From positions 1-64,000 of the IMG/VR virus record IMGVR_UViG_3300035183_000096: 64,000 nt of DNA; one strand, written 5' to 3'. The notes under the pieces were generated by a model, which had not been told where the DNA came from, made no database searches, and was given only the letters and a program-made list of their open reading frames with translations. This DNA is from a virus. Positions 50,610 through 61,546 of this stretch are shown piece by piece. Every line of letters begins with the position of its first letter. The stretch's first letter is position 1. A program made the translations under genes and the position numbers.

Positions 50610-52268
50610 ATGGATAGAAAACTAAGAATACTAATGTGTAATGAAGCTAGTTATCTAAGCACTGGTTATGGAACCTACGGTAAAGAAGTTCTAAGTCGTT
50701 TACATAACACTGGAAAATATGAGTTGGCTGAGTTCGCCACCTATGGAACAAGTGCTGACCCACGCAGCAGAAGCATACCTTGGAAATGGTATCCTAACCT
50801 ACCTAACCAGGGCGATGAAGACGCACAACGTATTTATGAATCTAAAACCACCAACCAGTTTGGCGAATGGAAGTTTGAAGAAACATGCCTAGCTTTTAAG
50901 CCCGACATTGTTTTTGACATTCGTGACCACTGGATGTTTCAATATCAAGTCTATTCACCATATAGACCATACTATTATCATATACTTATGCCAACTGTCG
51001 ATGCTTACCCACAAGAAGACATTTGGATTAACGACTTCATGCAGGCCGACAACATTCTAACCTATACTGATTTTGGCCTCCAAACTTTGAAAAAACAAGC
51101 TGGGCATAAAATCAAACTTGTTAAAAGCGCCCCACCCGGAGCTAACTTAAGTGTGTTGTCACCTATGCCTGATAAACATCAACATAAAAAGAATATGGGT
51201 TTGGGAGAGGACTCTCTAGTTATCGGCACTGTTATGCGTAATCAAAAGCGTAAGCTATACCCAGACCTATTTCTTGCTTTTGCTAAGTTTTTGGAAACAG
51301 TCCCGAAGGATTTGGCTAGGAGAGTATTACTATACTGCCATACATCCTTCCCTGATGTTGGCTGGGATATACCTTTACTTTTGCGTGAAAGCGGTGTTTC
51401 TCACAAGGTTTACTTTACTTACATATGTAAACATTGTGGCTATGTTACGGCAAGTAAGTATATGGACATCAATGTTCCGTGCCGTAAGTGTGGTCTAAAC
51501 TCTATGACTTTTCCAAGTCCACAGCATGGCGTAACAATTGAAACTCTTTCTCGTATATACAACCTATTTGATGTTTACGTTCAGTACGCTATTTGTGAAG
51601 GTGCTGGTATGCCTCAAATTGAGGCAGCCGCTTGCGGTGTTCCAATAATGTCTGTAAATTATAGTGGTATGGAAGACGTAGTTAAGAAGTTAGGTGGTAC
51701 TCCAATTGATGTAGAGCGATGGTTTAGAGAGGCTGAAACCCATAGGATTATGGCCTTGCCTAGTAATAACGACTTTATAAACAAAGTTAAGCAATTCTTA
51801 CTTAAACCTAGTCCAGTTAGAGAGAGTATGGGGAGAAAGGCTCGTGAGTTATGTGAGAAACATTATAATTGGGATAATACTGCAAAAGTTTGGGAAGATG
51901 TATTTGATAGTTATAAACCAAGACCGATAGAAGAAACTTGGCATTCTGCTCCACGAATATTTAATCCAGAACATCCAGATAGATGCCCGCCAAACTTAAG
52001 CAATGAGGAATTTGTGCGTTGGCTTATAATACATATGGCTAGAGAGCCTAGACTTATCAATACCTACTTAGAACAAAAACTTGTTAGAGACTTAAACTTT
52101 GGCCAAACATATGATTATATGGGGGTTCCATATTTTAGTGATTTGTCTGCCCTTGGTGTTCGTGCTAAGTTGAGAAACTTTAATCGTGGAGATTGCGTTA
52201 AGGAGCTACTTAAGTTTATAGATAATCGTAATTTATGGGAAAAGCGTAGGATGGAGGCTGTGAAATGA
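50610..52268 (+). CDS. GT4 glycosyltransferase with zinc-ribbon insert
   Basis: TGYG, VMRNQKRK, CKHCG..CRKCG, EGAGMPQIEAAACG. Confidence 0.88.
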   Translation: MDRKLRILMCNEASYLSTGYGTYGKEVLSRLHNTGKYELAEFATYGTSADPRSRSIPWKWYPNLPNQGDEDAQRIYESKTTNQFGEWKFEETCLAFKPDIVFDIRDHWMFQYQVYSPYRPYYYHILMPTVDAYPQEDIWINDFMQADNILTYTDFGLQTLKKQAGHKIKLVKSAPPGANLSVLSPMPDKHQHKKNMGLGEDSLVIGTVMRNQKRKLYPDLFLAFAKFLETVPKDLARRVLLYCHTSFPDVGWDIPLLLRESGVSHKVYFTYICKHCGYVTASKYMDINVPCRKCGLNSMTFPSPQHGVTIETLSRIYNLFDVYVQYAICEGAGMPQIEAAACGVPIMSVNYSGMEDVVKKLGGTPIDVERWFREAETHRIMALPSNNDFINKVKQFLLKPSPVRESMGRKARELCEKHYNWDNTAKVWEDVFDSYKPRPIEETWHSAPRIFNPEHPDRCPPNLSNEEFVRWLIIHMAREPRLINTYLEQKLVRDLNFGQTYDYMGVPYFSDLSALGVRAKLRNFNRGDCVKELLKFIDNRNLWEKRRMEAVK

Positions 52269-53386
52269 AAGTATTATATGTGGCTCCATATAGAACTGGA
52301 ACAGACTATTCTGACGCTGCTATTAACTATATTCTTGCTCTTGATAAAGTTGGTATTGAAGTAGTGCCTAGATGTATATTGGATGCACACATAGATGTTC
52401 CATTGCGAATAAAAGAGTTAGAAAAAAGAAGTCCACTTGGTTGTGATAGACTTGTCTTACATACTCCACCACTTTACTTTGAGTATGATAGTAGTTTCAA
52501 AAGGTGTATAGGTATAACCAATGTGGAGACTAACTCTTTGGTTAATACTACATGGGCACATAGAATGAAACTAATGGATAAGATTGTGATAGCTAATCCA
52601 ATTGCAATGAAGGCTTGTGAAGATGCTGGGCTTAGCAATATAATACAAGTTCCATATGCCGCGAATTTAGAAGAATATAGTCGCAGTTATTCTAGGTTGA
52701 CGGATATAGAAAATGTAACTCAAGGTAACTTTATATTCTATATGATAGCCAGGTCGGATATGCGTAAGAACTTAATTGAGGTACTAAGAGCATTTCATAC
52801 AGAATTTAAGCCTGACGAACCAGTAAGTATAGTTGTTAAAACTGGCACGGCTAATATGCCCCCAAAAATAACTAGGGATAAGATGGAGAAATTATGTGCT
52901 AATCTAAAAATGTCTCTTAGGATATATGCTAATCTTGATGCTTATAAAGAAGAGTTGATAGTAACAGAATGGTTAACAAGAGAAGAATTATGTTCCTTAC
53001 ATAGCACAGGAAACTGTTTCATTAATGTAAGCTCAAATGAAAACTGGAGTATGCCCACGTTTGATGCTATGGCTTTTGGTAAAACTCCTATAGCATTGAA
53101 TTGGGCTGGCCCTTCAGTATATTTAACCAATAAAAATTCTTTTAATCAGGTTCGATATGAGTTAGAGCCATGTTTCAGCTACACCGGTAACAGTGAGGCG
53201 TTTACATCAGATGAGGATTGGGCTAAGCCAAGCATACGTTCATTACAAAAAATTATGAGAAAGGCATATCAAGTTCATACAGAACAACCAAAGTTATTAG
53301 AACAAATGGCGGATGAAGGTTTAGATACGGCATACAACTACTCCCTTGACAATATAGGTAATAAACTAAAGGAAGTATTAGAATGA
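52265..53386 (+). CDS. GT4-like glycosyltransferase
   Basis: RKNLIEVLRAF, ENWSMPTFDAMAFG. Confidence 0.8.
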   Translation: MKVLYVAPYRTGTDYSDAAINYILALDKVGIEVVPRCILDAHIDVPLRIKELEKRSPLGCDRLVLHTPPLYFEYDSSFKRCIGITNVETNSLVNTTWAHRMKLMDKIVIANPIAMKACEDAGLSNIIQVPYAANLEEYSRSYSRLTDIENVTQGNFIFYMIARSDMRKNLIEVLRAFHTEFKPDEPVSIVVKTGTANMPPKITRDKMEKLCANLKMSLRIYANLDAYKEELIVTEWLTREELCSLHSTGNCFINVSSNENWSMPTFDAMAFGKTPIALNWAGPSVYLTNKNSFNQVRYELEPCFSYTGNSEAFTSDEDWAKPSIRSLQKIMRKAYQVHTEQPKLLEQMADEGLDTAYNYSLDNIGNKLKEVLE

Positions 53387-54120
53387 GCAATAAGAAAAGG
53401 TGTAGCGGTAAAACGGGTGGGGCCAAAAGGTGTCGTAAACAGCTTGAAATGCAACCACCAATAGAAGAGGCAAAAGAAGAGTTTGCGACCAAAACACCGA
53501 GTCAGGAAAAATATGTAGAGATTATAAAAAACAATCATATTATTTTTGCTGATGGCGCAGCCGGTTGTGGTAAGACTTTTGTGGCTACAGCCGTAGGATT
53601 ACAAATGCTGTTGGGCGGTGAGTATGAAAGATTGATTATAACAAGGCCGGTAATGGAAGCTGGAGAAAGTTTAGGTTTTTTGCCCGGTAAGGTTAATGAG
53701 AAATTCAAACCTTATATACAGCCAGTTATGGATGCTCTACATAAGTTTTTGACGCCATATGAGGTTGCTCAATTTATACAAAGAGGAAAAATCGAAATAG
53801 CTCCGATTGCTTACATGAGAGGACGCACTTTCGATGATTCGTTTATCATAGTAGATGAGGCTCAAAATTGTAGTATGAAACAGCTTAAGCTGGCTGTAAC
53901 CCGCCTAGGGAAAAATTCAAAGATTGTGGTAAATGGTGACGTTACCCAAGCTGATATTGCTTGTCATAGCTCATATGGTAATGCGTTAAGCAAACACATT
54001 AGAGAGTTTACTAACAACAAAAAAGAAGGTATAGCTGTCTTTAAGTTTGATGTTAATGATATTATCAGAAACAAAATACTTATAGACTATTTGGATGTAA
54101 TATATGAGGATTATTGCTAA
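53383..54120 (+). CDS. phoH: PhoH-family ATPase
   Basis: GAAGCGKT, LGFLPG, YMRGRTF, IVDEAQN, GDVTQAD. Confidence 0.95.
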   Translation: MSNKKRCSGKTGGAKRCRKQLEMQPPIEEAKEEFATKTPSQEKYVEIIKNNHIIFADGAAGCGKTFVATAVGLQMLLGGEYERLIITRPVMEAGESLGFLPGKVNEKFKPYIQPVMDALHKFLTPYEVAQFIQRGKIEIAPIAYMRGRTFDDSFIIVDEAQNCSMKQLKLAVTRLGKNSKIVVNGDVTQADIACHSSYGNALSKHIREFTNNKKEGIAVFKFDVNDIIRNKILIDYLDVIYEDYC

Positions 54121-55163
54121 TGCCTACTCCTGTAAGTTCATTGATTAGACAAACAAAATCTAATGACAAACTTAATATATTAACTTTCTGTTATGAAGAA
54201 AAGCATGAAGCGGCTATATGTCGTACAGGCCATAACTTCTACGCAATAACAGTGCCGGGTATGTTCTACAAATGGAATCCCGACATCATGATGAAGCCGA
54301 GCAACTATACGTTGTTTGATATAAAAATGGAGCAGGACTTATTGGAGTCATTGCCCCCACATTTAGACTTTGACCTAATCTTAGTACATGAACGCCCATA
54401 TCAATTTCAGATTGGTAAGAATGCATCTAGGATTTTGTCAATACCGTTGGTAGCCATGACAGATAACTTTCCTATTGCTATAGCCTCCGATTTCGATATC
54501 CATAGTTTTGCGGATATGAAAGCACATGCCAACATTTTTGGTAACTTAGGACTTAAAAGCTTTTGGCAAATAGAAGATAGTGTGGTTATACATCCGGGTG
54601 TGGATACCGAAAGATTTACGGTTCGTAATGATGTTATCCGTAAGAAGAACATTATGACGTTGGTCCATAGATTTGCTCAACGTGATGAAGAAACACAATT
54701 TAGCTCTTGGAGACAGATTATCGAGGGTTTTGAATATACGTTGGTCGGTCATAATCCCGGCCTACCATCTGAGTTCTTGGCCTATAGCTTGTTACCTAAG
54801 CGTTATCAAGAATCAAGAGTTTATCTTAATACTGTAACTGGTGGCGTATTTCCAATTGAAGTTATTGAGGCTATGGCTTCTGGCTGTGTAGTTGTTACCT
54901 ATCCTTATCCCGGCATAACAGACTTTGTAAAGGATGGTGAGAATGGGTTTATTTGTAAGGATGTTGATACAGCTAAGCGTACTATACGAAGACTAATTGA
55001 GGATGATGACTTGGCTAATAAAATGAGTGTAGCAGCTAGGCAATTTGCTGTTGATAACTTAAACATTGACCAATATACAAAAGAACTAAATAAAGTATTT
55101 GATAAGGTTGTAAAGAACCATAAGGAGATAGGATATGAAGATAAACCTACTTATAAATGGTAA
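54114..55163 (+). CDS. GT4 glycosyltransferase
   Basis: HPGVDTERF, IEAMASGCVVV, VKDGENGF. Confidence 0.85.
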   Translation: MLMPTPVSSLIRQTKSNDKLNILTFCYEEKHEAAICRTGHNFYAITVPGMFYKWNPDIMMKPSNYTLFDIKMEQDLLESLPPHLDFDLILVHERPYQFQIGKNASRILSIPLVAMTDNFPIAIASDFDIHSFADMKAHANIFGNLGLKSFWQIEDSVVIHPGVDTERFTVRNDVIRKKNIMTLVHRFAQRDEETQFSSWRQIIEGFEYTLVGHNPGLPSEFLAYSLLPKRYQESRVYLNTVTGGVFPIEVIEAMASGCVVVTYPYPGITDFVKDGENGFICKDVDTAKRTIRRLIEDDDLANKMSVAARQFAVDNLNIDQYTKELNKVFDKVVKNHKEIGYEDKPTYKW

Positions 55164-55605
55164 GCATATTTTAGCAGGCTATATTAACATAGACCCATTA
55201 GCTGTTGATGGCGATGGAAAGATTGCTGCTGACATATCCAATTTAGATGCTACCATAGATGATGGAGAGGCGGACGAGATAATTGCAGACTCAATTTTAG
55301 ATTATTTTCCATATCGCAATACTGCATCAATAGTTGGCAATTGGGTAAAGAAGCTAAGAAAGGGTGGCAAACTTATTTTGGTATGCCCAAACATCTATGA
55401 GGTTGCTAGGCAACTAATGCGTCGTGAGATAACTGAAACACAAGCCAACGAACTCATATACGATGGACGTGGTGAAGATTGGCAGCTTAAGAAAAACCTA
55501 TATAGTGTAACAACCATGGAAGAAATGTTGAAATCTATGGGTATGAAAACGATTAGTAAAAAACTCGTCAATCATAAGCATATGTTGACAGCGGAGAAAG
55601 TATAA
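55135..55605 (+). CDS. methyltransferase-like protein (divergent class I SAM fold)
   Basis: GYINID..D..ADEI..W.KKLRKGGKLILVCPN pattern typical of glycan-cluster MTase-like proteins. Confidence 0.6.
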   Translation: MKINLLINGKHILAGYINIDPLAVDGDGKIAADISNLDATIDDGEADEIIADSILDYFPYRNTASIVGNWVKKLRKGGKLILVCPNIYEVARQLMRREITETQANELIYDGRGEDWQLKKNLYSVTTMEEMLKSMGMKTISKKLVNHKHMLTAEKV

Positions 55606-56436
55606 TGGATAATGTTGAAAATACCAACCCTTTATCTGATGCTAGACTAATAGTACCATGCAAACCTTGTGTATTTGCACAGTGGGATGGGAAAACTCAG
55701 ATTGGTTGTCGCGCTGGTATGCTAGACAAGTTGAAAGATAATGGTGCAGAAATTATCGAAGTTTATGACACTGAAACAGAGTCATATGTTATTAAAAACC
55801 GCGTATGTATGATGCGTAGGTTATCTGGTTGGAGAGAGAGATGGGCCGATAAGGATATTGATGCTTTATTGGAAATCGCCGACAAGGAAGTTTATAGAGC
55901 AATAACAACGGAGTTGCTTGTGTATGTTGGTCCAAATTGGTCAGAACATGAAGTGGCTAAAGGACTTACAATTACACTCGACAGTGTTGTTAAAGAAGAA
56001 GTTAAGCCGATAAGAATAACCTTCATTACCAATAACTCAATGAGAATATCAAAGATGGTACGTGCTGTCAAAAAGTATGAGTTAATGACACCACAAGGTA
56101 GTAAACTTCCACCCTGGTTCGTAGAATACATCACAGATAGAACAGACGACGACCAAATGATTCAGGATAGGGCGGCTATAGATATTTTCGCAAAGACGAA
56201 GTGTATTGCGCCATACTATATAATTGCAGAGTGTGGCAAGCCAGTTCGCCAAAACATCTTTTCCTATATTAAGGAGAAGGTTATTAGAGAAATGAAAATG
56301 GTTTTGTGTGAAAGAGGCGACGACGATGGATTACATAATGAAATAGTTCATGTTGGAGTGCATATGTATCTTAGGGGCAATTGGGAAATCAATGTTTGTG
56401 ATAAGATAGAGTCAATGCTTAGGATGGGTACAAAAA

Positions 56437-57195
56437 ATGAACAAACCTAATGTATGTATTATCGTTACTTGTTACAATAAAGAGAAAACGATAGTAAATG
56501 CTATTAAGAGCGCTGCCAATCAAAGTTATGACCCAAAGGCTATAATAGTTGTAGATGATGGTTCTACAGATAAAAGCTGGCAAGCTATCAAGAGTTGTTT
56601 TAAGAGTAAGACAAGGTATGAGCCAGAAATAATAGTTGGCACAGGTGAACATAACGTAACATTGTACGCCATAAAAAACAAACATAGATGCGGTCCAGGT
56701 ATTGCAAAGAACAAAGCTATGGCTATGGCGTTTAACGTAAGTGACTTGTTCCTATTCTTAGAGGGCGATGATGAGTTGGCGACATTAAAGACACAAATAA
56801 TGGTAAATAAGTTTCTTGAAGACCCAAGGGCTATTGGCCTTATATATAGTGACCAGATGATACGAAATCATATTGAAGACTATGAAGTAACTGGATATAT
56901 GCCACCATTCAATAGAAGTTTGTTAGAGAATGTAAATTATGTTGAACCTAACTATATGGTAAGCAAAAAAGCTGTGTTTACTGCAGGTAAGTTTGATGAA
57001 CAAATACCATTTCCAGACCACGATTTTGTTCTTAGAATAACAGAGAAGTTTGTTGGTATCCATATACCGGAGGTTCTATCTACTCATAACATCTTACCAG
57101 ATGGTTACACGCTTAATTATCAGGGCGACCTAAACAAAAGCACAGAAATCACAATCAAGAAAGCTATACAGAGAGTGAGGATTGCGGAAGAATGA
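56437..57195 (+). CDS. GT2 glycosyltransferase
   Basis: IIVTCYN, IIVVDDGSTD, FLEGDD. Confidence 0.88.
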   Translation: MNKPNVCIIVTCYNKEKTIVNAIKSAANQSYDPKAIIVVDDGSTDKSWQAIKSCFKSKTRYEPEIIVGTGEHNVTLYAIKNKHRCGPGIAKNKAMAMAFNVSDLFLFLEGDDELATLKTQIMVNKFLEDPRAIGLIYSDQMIRNHIEDYEVTGYMPPFNRSLLENVNYVEPNYMVSKKAVFTAGKFDEQIPFPDHDFVLRITEKFVGIHIPEVLSTHNILPDGYTLNYQGDLNKSTEITIKKAIQRVRIAEE

Positions 57196-58115
57196 ACATT
57201 CTAGTACAAGTTGGATATAATGCCGACCAAGAAATGACTGGTGTTGTAAACGCACTTAGAGACGCCGGACAGGATGTAGTCACTTGGTCCGAAAAAGATA
57301 TACCGGCTTTCAATATATTTGAAGACATAAAGCCCGGCGTGTTTATTGGGTCCGCTAAATTAGCTAGTAGAGCCATTAAGAAATGCTTAATCAAGTATAA
57401 ACCAAAGGCCGCTATATATGTTGATAGTACGAAACCTGAAGATTACGAAAATCTAAAACCCGACTTACTCTTCAGTGAAGTAGATAAAATTATAAGTGAC
57501 GAACTCATGCCAGATGTTCGGCGCCTATCTATATATCCATCTATCAATATGAGTGTGTCTATGAACCCGGTAGCAAATACTAAACTCAACACAGATGTTG
57601 TATTCGTTGGTAGCTATCATCCAACAAACCGGCATAACATACACAAATACATCTTTCCACTTGCTGAAAGTAAATTATGTAGTTTTAGAATCTATGGTCA
57701 CGGGGAGTGGCCAATGCCCAATGCTCTTGGCATACTTGAATATGCTAATATCAAGAATGTTATGTATAATGCTAAGCTCTATCTATATCTTACTCCCAAT
57801 GATACGGACTTCACATGGAATCCTTTGTTGTCTGTGTCTGTAGGCACTCAAGTTCTAACGAATAGTAAGAAGACGTATGAAACACTTGGTAGTGATTATA
57901 TAAAACTAATTGGAGACAATTACCTTGAGCAAGTAAAAGATTTGTTGGTAAATTATAATGACGATAGTAAGCAGGCTAGACTTAGACTAGGTAAGGATAT
58001 CATCTATGGAAGTTACACTAATTATCACTTGGCTCAGTCTATTATGTCATCACTTGATATAAACCTAGAAACCAAACTACAGAATGCTTTAGTTAAGAGG
58101 ATTAAGAATGATTAA
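57192..58115 (+). CDS. CgeB-like glycosyltransferase domain protein
   Basis: DVVFVGSY..R..FRIYGHGEW..YTNYHLA. Confidence 0.55.
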   Translation: MNILVQVGYNADQEMTGVVNALRDAGQDVVTWSEKDIPAFNIFEDIKPGVFIGSAKLASRAIKKCLIKYKPKAAIYVDSTKPEDYENLKPDLLFSEVDKIISDELMPDVRRLSIYPSINMSVSMNPVANTKLNTDVVFVGSYHPTNRHNIHKYIFPLAESKLCSFRIYGHGEWPMPNALGILEYANIKNVMYNAKLYLYLTPNDTDFTWNPLLSVSVGTQVLTNSKKTYETLGSDYIKLIGDNYLEQVKDLLVNYNDDSKQARLRLGKDIIYGSYTNYHLAQSIMSSLDINLETKLQNALVKRIKND

Positions 58116-58585
58116 GAAAATAGGTATAATGATGGATAGCTTACGCTCTAGTCAGATGGCTTACTACGCCATTCGTAATGTTAATAATTACTTAGTTAAC
58201 AATTATTTAACAAACTTCAATTTCTTCGTAAAGGCTGTCTATGCCCCATGTATTGAGCCGAAATGCGGGGTTATGAGATGGGAAGAGTTGTGGGGGTTTC
58301 AAGGTAAACTTATTACTACTAACATTGAAAGTACCCGTAGGGTTATGAAGTTACCAGCCACCTTTGACCATTATTACTATGTTTATGATTTAGACTGGTT
58401 GAGAATTGGAACTAAACCCTGGAGATTTGAAGAATTGTCGGAGTTTTACCAAAACCCAAGCATTAAGTTGCTTACAAGAACTAAGAGGAATGCTGAACTC
58501 ATCAAAAACATATGGGGTACATCAGCGGGTGTAGTTGAAGATTTCAATATCAATCAGTTGCTCACAAACATAGAGGTAGATTAGG

Positions 58586-59365
58586 ATGGATAAATTAATA
58601 TTAGATAAAGATTACATTGATGAACATTACTGGAAGCAAGAAAAGAGTATTCATCAAATAGCCGAGGAGTTAGGCACTTATCCTAATAAGGTTCGCAGGG
58701 CTATACTACAACATTATAGTAAACTTAGAGACAAGTCTAAGGCTCAAAGTCTAGCTCTATCACAAGGAAGACACAAGCACCCAACACGCGGCACTAATCG
58801 TAGTCAAGAAACAAAGGATAAGATTAGTTTATCTGTGGCTAGTAAATGGAAGGGTATTTCTGAAGATGAAAGACAACGCCGCGTGAATTTAGCAAAGGAA
58901 AGATGGGCTAGTATGCCAGACGATGGGCGAGCGGAAATGTCAAAAAAAGCTATTGATGCTTTTAGGAAAGCCGCCAAAGAAGGTTCAAGACTTGAGAAGT
59001 TTCTACTTGACGAATTGAGGCGGGCGGGATATAGTGTGATGTTTCACACAGAAGCAATTGCTGAAAGCGAAAAAATGCACGTTGACCTTATAGTACCAGA
59101 GTTACAGGCAGCTATAGAGGTCGATGGGCCAAGCCACTTCTTTCCTATATGGGGAGAAGAGTCTTTAAGACAACACATCCAGTGGGATAATGAAAAAAAC
59201 GGCCTTCTAATCAACGCGGGTTATACAGTCATACGAATCAAAGTTTATGTTAATACAGTATCAAGGCGAGTTGAGCTTGAGGTACTCGATAAACTATTGT
59301 TTCATTTGAAGAAGCTGAAGGACGAAGGATTAACTAAACAATATATAGAAATTGAGGTGAAATAA
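58586..59365 (+). CDS. HTH/NUMOD-like plus DUF559 endonuclease (probable homing endonuclease)
   Basis: SIHQIAEELG, RSQETKDKIS, VDL..AIEVDGPSH..DNEKN..GYTVIRI. Confidence 0.75.
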   Translation: MDKLILDKDYIDEHYWKQEKSIHQIAEELGTYPNKVRRAILQHYSKLRDKSKAQSLALSQGRHKHPTRGTNRSQETKDKISLSVASKWKGISEDERQRRVNLAKERWASMPDDGRAEMSKKAIDAFRKAAKEGSRLEKFLLDELRRAGYSVMFHTEAIAESEKMHVDLIVPELQAAIEVDGPSHFFPIWGEESLRQHIQWDNEKNGLLINAGYTVIRIKVYVNTVSRRVELEVLDKLLFHLKKLKDEGLTKQYIEIEVK

Positions 59366-60165
59366 TGGCTAGACCCAAGAAAACTAATAATTTTGGCAAT
59401 CCTGCTGATAGTAACGATACTGGAGATTTTGTAGTGAATACAGATAGTGGAATTAAGTTGGAAGAGATTGCTGCAAGCAAATTGGAGCACCCACTACCAA
59501 CTGACCCTGCATGGCATGATTATGTCATGATGCAATTTGATGAAGCTGAGGTAGATAACAATGGTTATCCTAAAGTAAGCGGGTTGCGCAGAGTTACAGA
59601 ACAACTGTTGGGTGAAATTGTATATTCTGCACCGACACCAGTTAGCGATAGTGCTGATAGGTCATGTGTCATACATACCATTAAAATAAGATTTCCATAT
59701 GAAAATGAACCTAGGGTTTTTGCCGAAATAGCAGATGCCACACCAGATAATATCAAAGGTAATGAAACAAGTAAAGTAGTATCTAAGCACTTACCGGCAA
59801 CAGCTAGTTCAAGAGCCGAAGCTAGAGCTTTAAGAAAGGCGCTTCGTCTCCGTGTTATGTCGGCGGAAGAGGCTACAACATCTTCTGCTGATAAGGTTAC
59901 AAACGACACCGGCTATATTGAACCAGCACAGATTACATTTATTGATATTATGTGTAGGAGAAATAAGATTGATGTTTGGCGATATATAAATAGTCGCGGA
60001 TTTTTGCCAGATGATGGCACTAAATATACTAACATAGAAAAAGTGCCTTATGATAAGGCTATAAAAATGGCTAGGGCTTTAACTAAGATTCAAAATGGAA
60101 CATTACAAATTCCAGAGGATTTAGTGGGATATGACCCGAATTGGCGTAATAAAGGAGAACTATAA
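59365..60165 (+). CDS. possible Rad52/Sak-like annealing protein
   Basis: GLRRV..ATASSRAEARALRKAL..AEE pattern. Confidence 0.4.
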   Translation: MARPKKTNNFGNPADSNDTGDFVVNTDSGIKLEEIAASKLEHPLPTDPAWHDYVMMQFDEAEVDNNGYPKVSGLRRVTEQLLGEIVYSAPTPVSDSADRSCVIHTIKIRFPYENEPRVFAEIADATPDNIKGNETSKVVSKHLPATASSRAEARALRKALRLRVMSAEEATTSSADKVTNDTGYIEPAQITFIDIMCRRNKIDVWRYINSRGFLPDDGTKYTNIEKVPYDKAIKMARALTKIQNGTLQIPEDLVGYDPNWRNKGEL

Positions 60166-61112
60166 TGAATTTTCCACCACAAAGTGTGATGATGATGGTG
60201 CCACAAGCTAAACCATCGAAACTTAAGGCTGTAGCTGGTGTTCTTAATCCAGAAACATTGATTGACGTATGGACAGACACTTCTTTTATAGACAAAGATG
60301 TTGTCAAACTTAACCGCTTAACCATTCTTGCTTACAAAGAAATAGAAATGCCAGAAACAAAAATATACAAACTATGGACCAGTGGTGGGTTTGAGTTCTT
60401 CACCAATAATGATAAGTTTAAGAGTGACGACGATGAAAAAGAAAATAAGGATTTGGAAGCTGGGAAATCTTGAACATAAGATAATGCCAACCACAAAGAC
60501 GTTTGAGAAGTTTACGCAGTTATTACTAGCAGCTTATGAGCATAATGGTGATACTGACATAATGTGGACGCCTGACATAGAAATGTTTGAGGTAGAGTTA
60601 GATAAAGATGACAACTTTCTGTTAAGTGGGGATATAATAACAAGTTCACAAGAATTACAAGAGTTTATCAAGAAGAAGAGAGGTGGTAACAATGAAGGCA
60701 ATTAGACAAATAGGTAATGGTTTGCAATTTGAGGCAGAAGCAGATAGTCAACTTGGTCTATTTAAGGCTCTTGCCGACATCGACAAAACCTATCAGGAAG
60801 TATTCGGCGAAAAACAATGTGGTTGCTGCCAGTCTAATAACATCTTTTTCAATGAAAGAAATGTAGAGAAAGAAGACGCAAAGACAAAGAAAGTTAAGAA
60901 GTACCAATACTTTGAAATGAAGTGTCGTGACTGTTGGGCTACTTTGTCGTTTGGCCAACACCAAGAAGGTGACACACTGTTCCCTAAGCGTAAACTTGAG
61001 AATGGTGAGTTTGATAAAGAACATAGGGGCTGGAAGAGATGGAAGAAGACAGAACAACCTGCTAAGAGTTCAGCAAAGAAAAATGAAGATGATGATGCCC
61101 CATTCTAATTCA

Positions 61113-61158
61113 TAAAAAAAAAGACGGGAGGGAACTTAACCCTACCCGTCTTTTCTTT
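61113..61158. terminator. bidirectional terminator between convergent units
   Basis: A tract, then gacggg..cccgtc hairpin, then T tract. Confidence 0.8.
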
Positions 61159-61486
61159 ATCTTTTAATCATATCAAAGTCTAGTTTATCTTTATCTTTGG
61201 GGTCATCAGAATGAGCATTAAGCCATTTAGTTACCCAATTCTTACCAAAAGTTATTAAAGCAACAATCAACGGAGTGGCCCAAGTCATATCTTTGAAATC
61301 AATTGTAGATATTTGCGTGCCTAAGTATGTTAGAGCAGCACCTATACCGGTAACTATACTAACCACAGCCACATCTGTCCATTGCTTACCACTTTTAACA
61401 GTGGTCCATCCAGCACTACCAAAGTTTTTTGTACCTTTTGCTATTTTTCCGAATATATTCATGATAAGGCTTCCTCTCGTGACCAT
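61157..61486 (-). CDS. small two-TM membrane protein (holin-like)
   Basis: Two hydrophobic helices and a charged C-terminal tail. Confidence 0.5.
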   Translation of the reverse strand: MVTRGSLIMNIFGKIAKGTKNFGSAGWTTVKSGKQWTDVAVVSIVTGIGAALTYLGTQISTIDFKDMTWATPLIVALITFGKNWVTKWLNAHSDDPKDKDKLDFDMIKR

Positions 61487-61546
61487 TGTGCTATTGTTTT
61501 TGTTTCTCCAACTTAGTTGTGCGATTAAGCCAACCTTTTTTGTACA

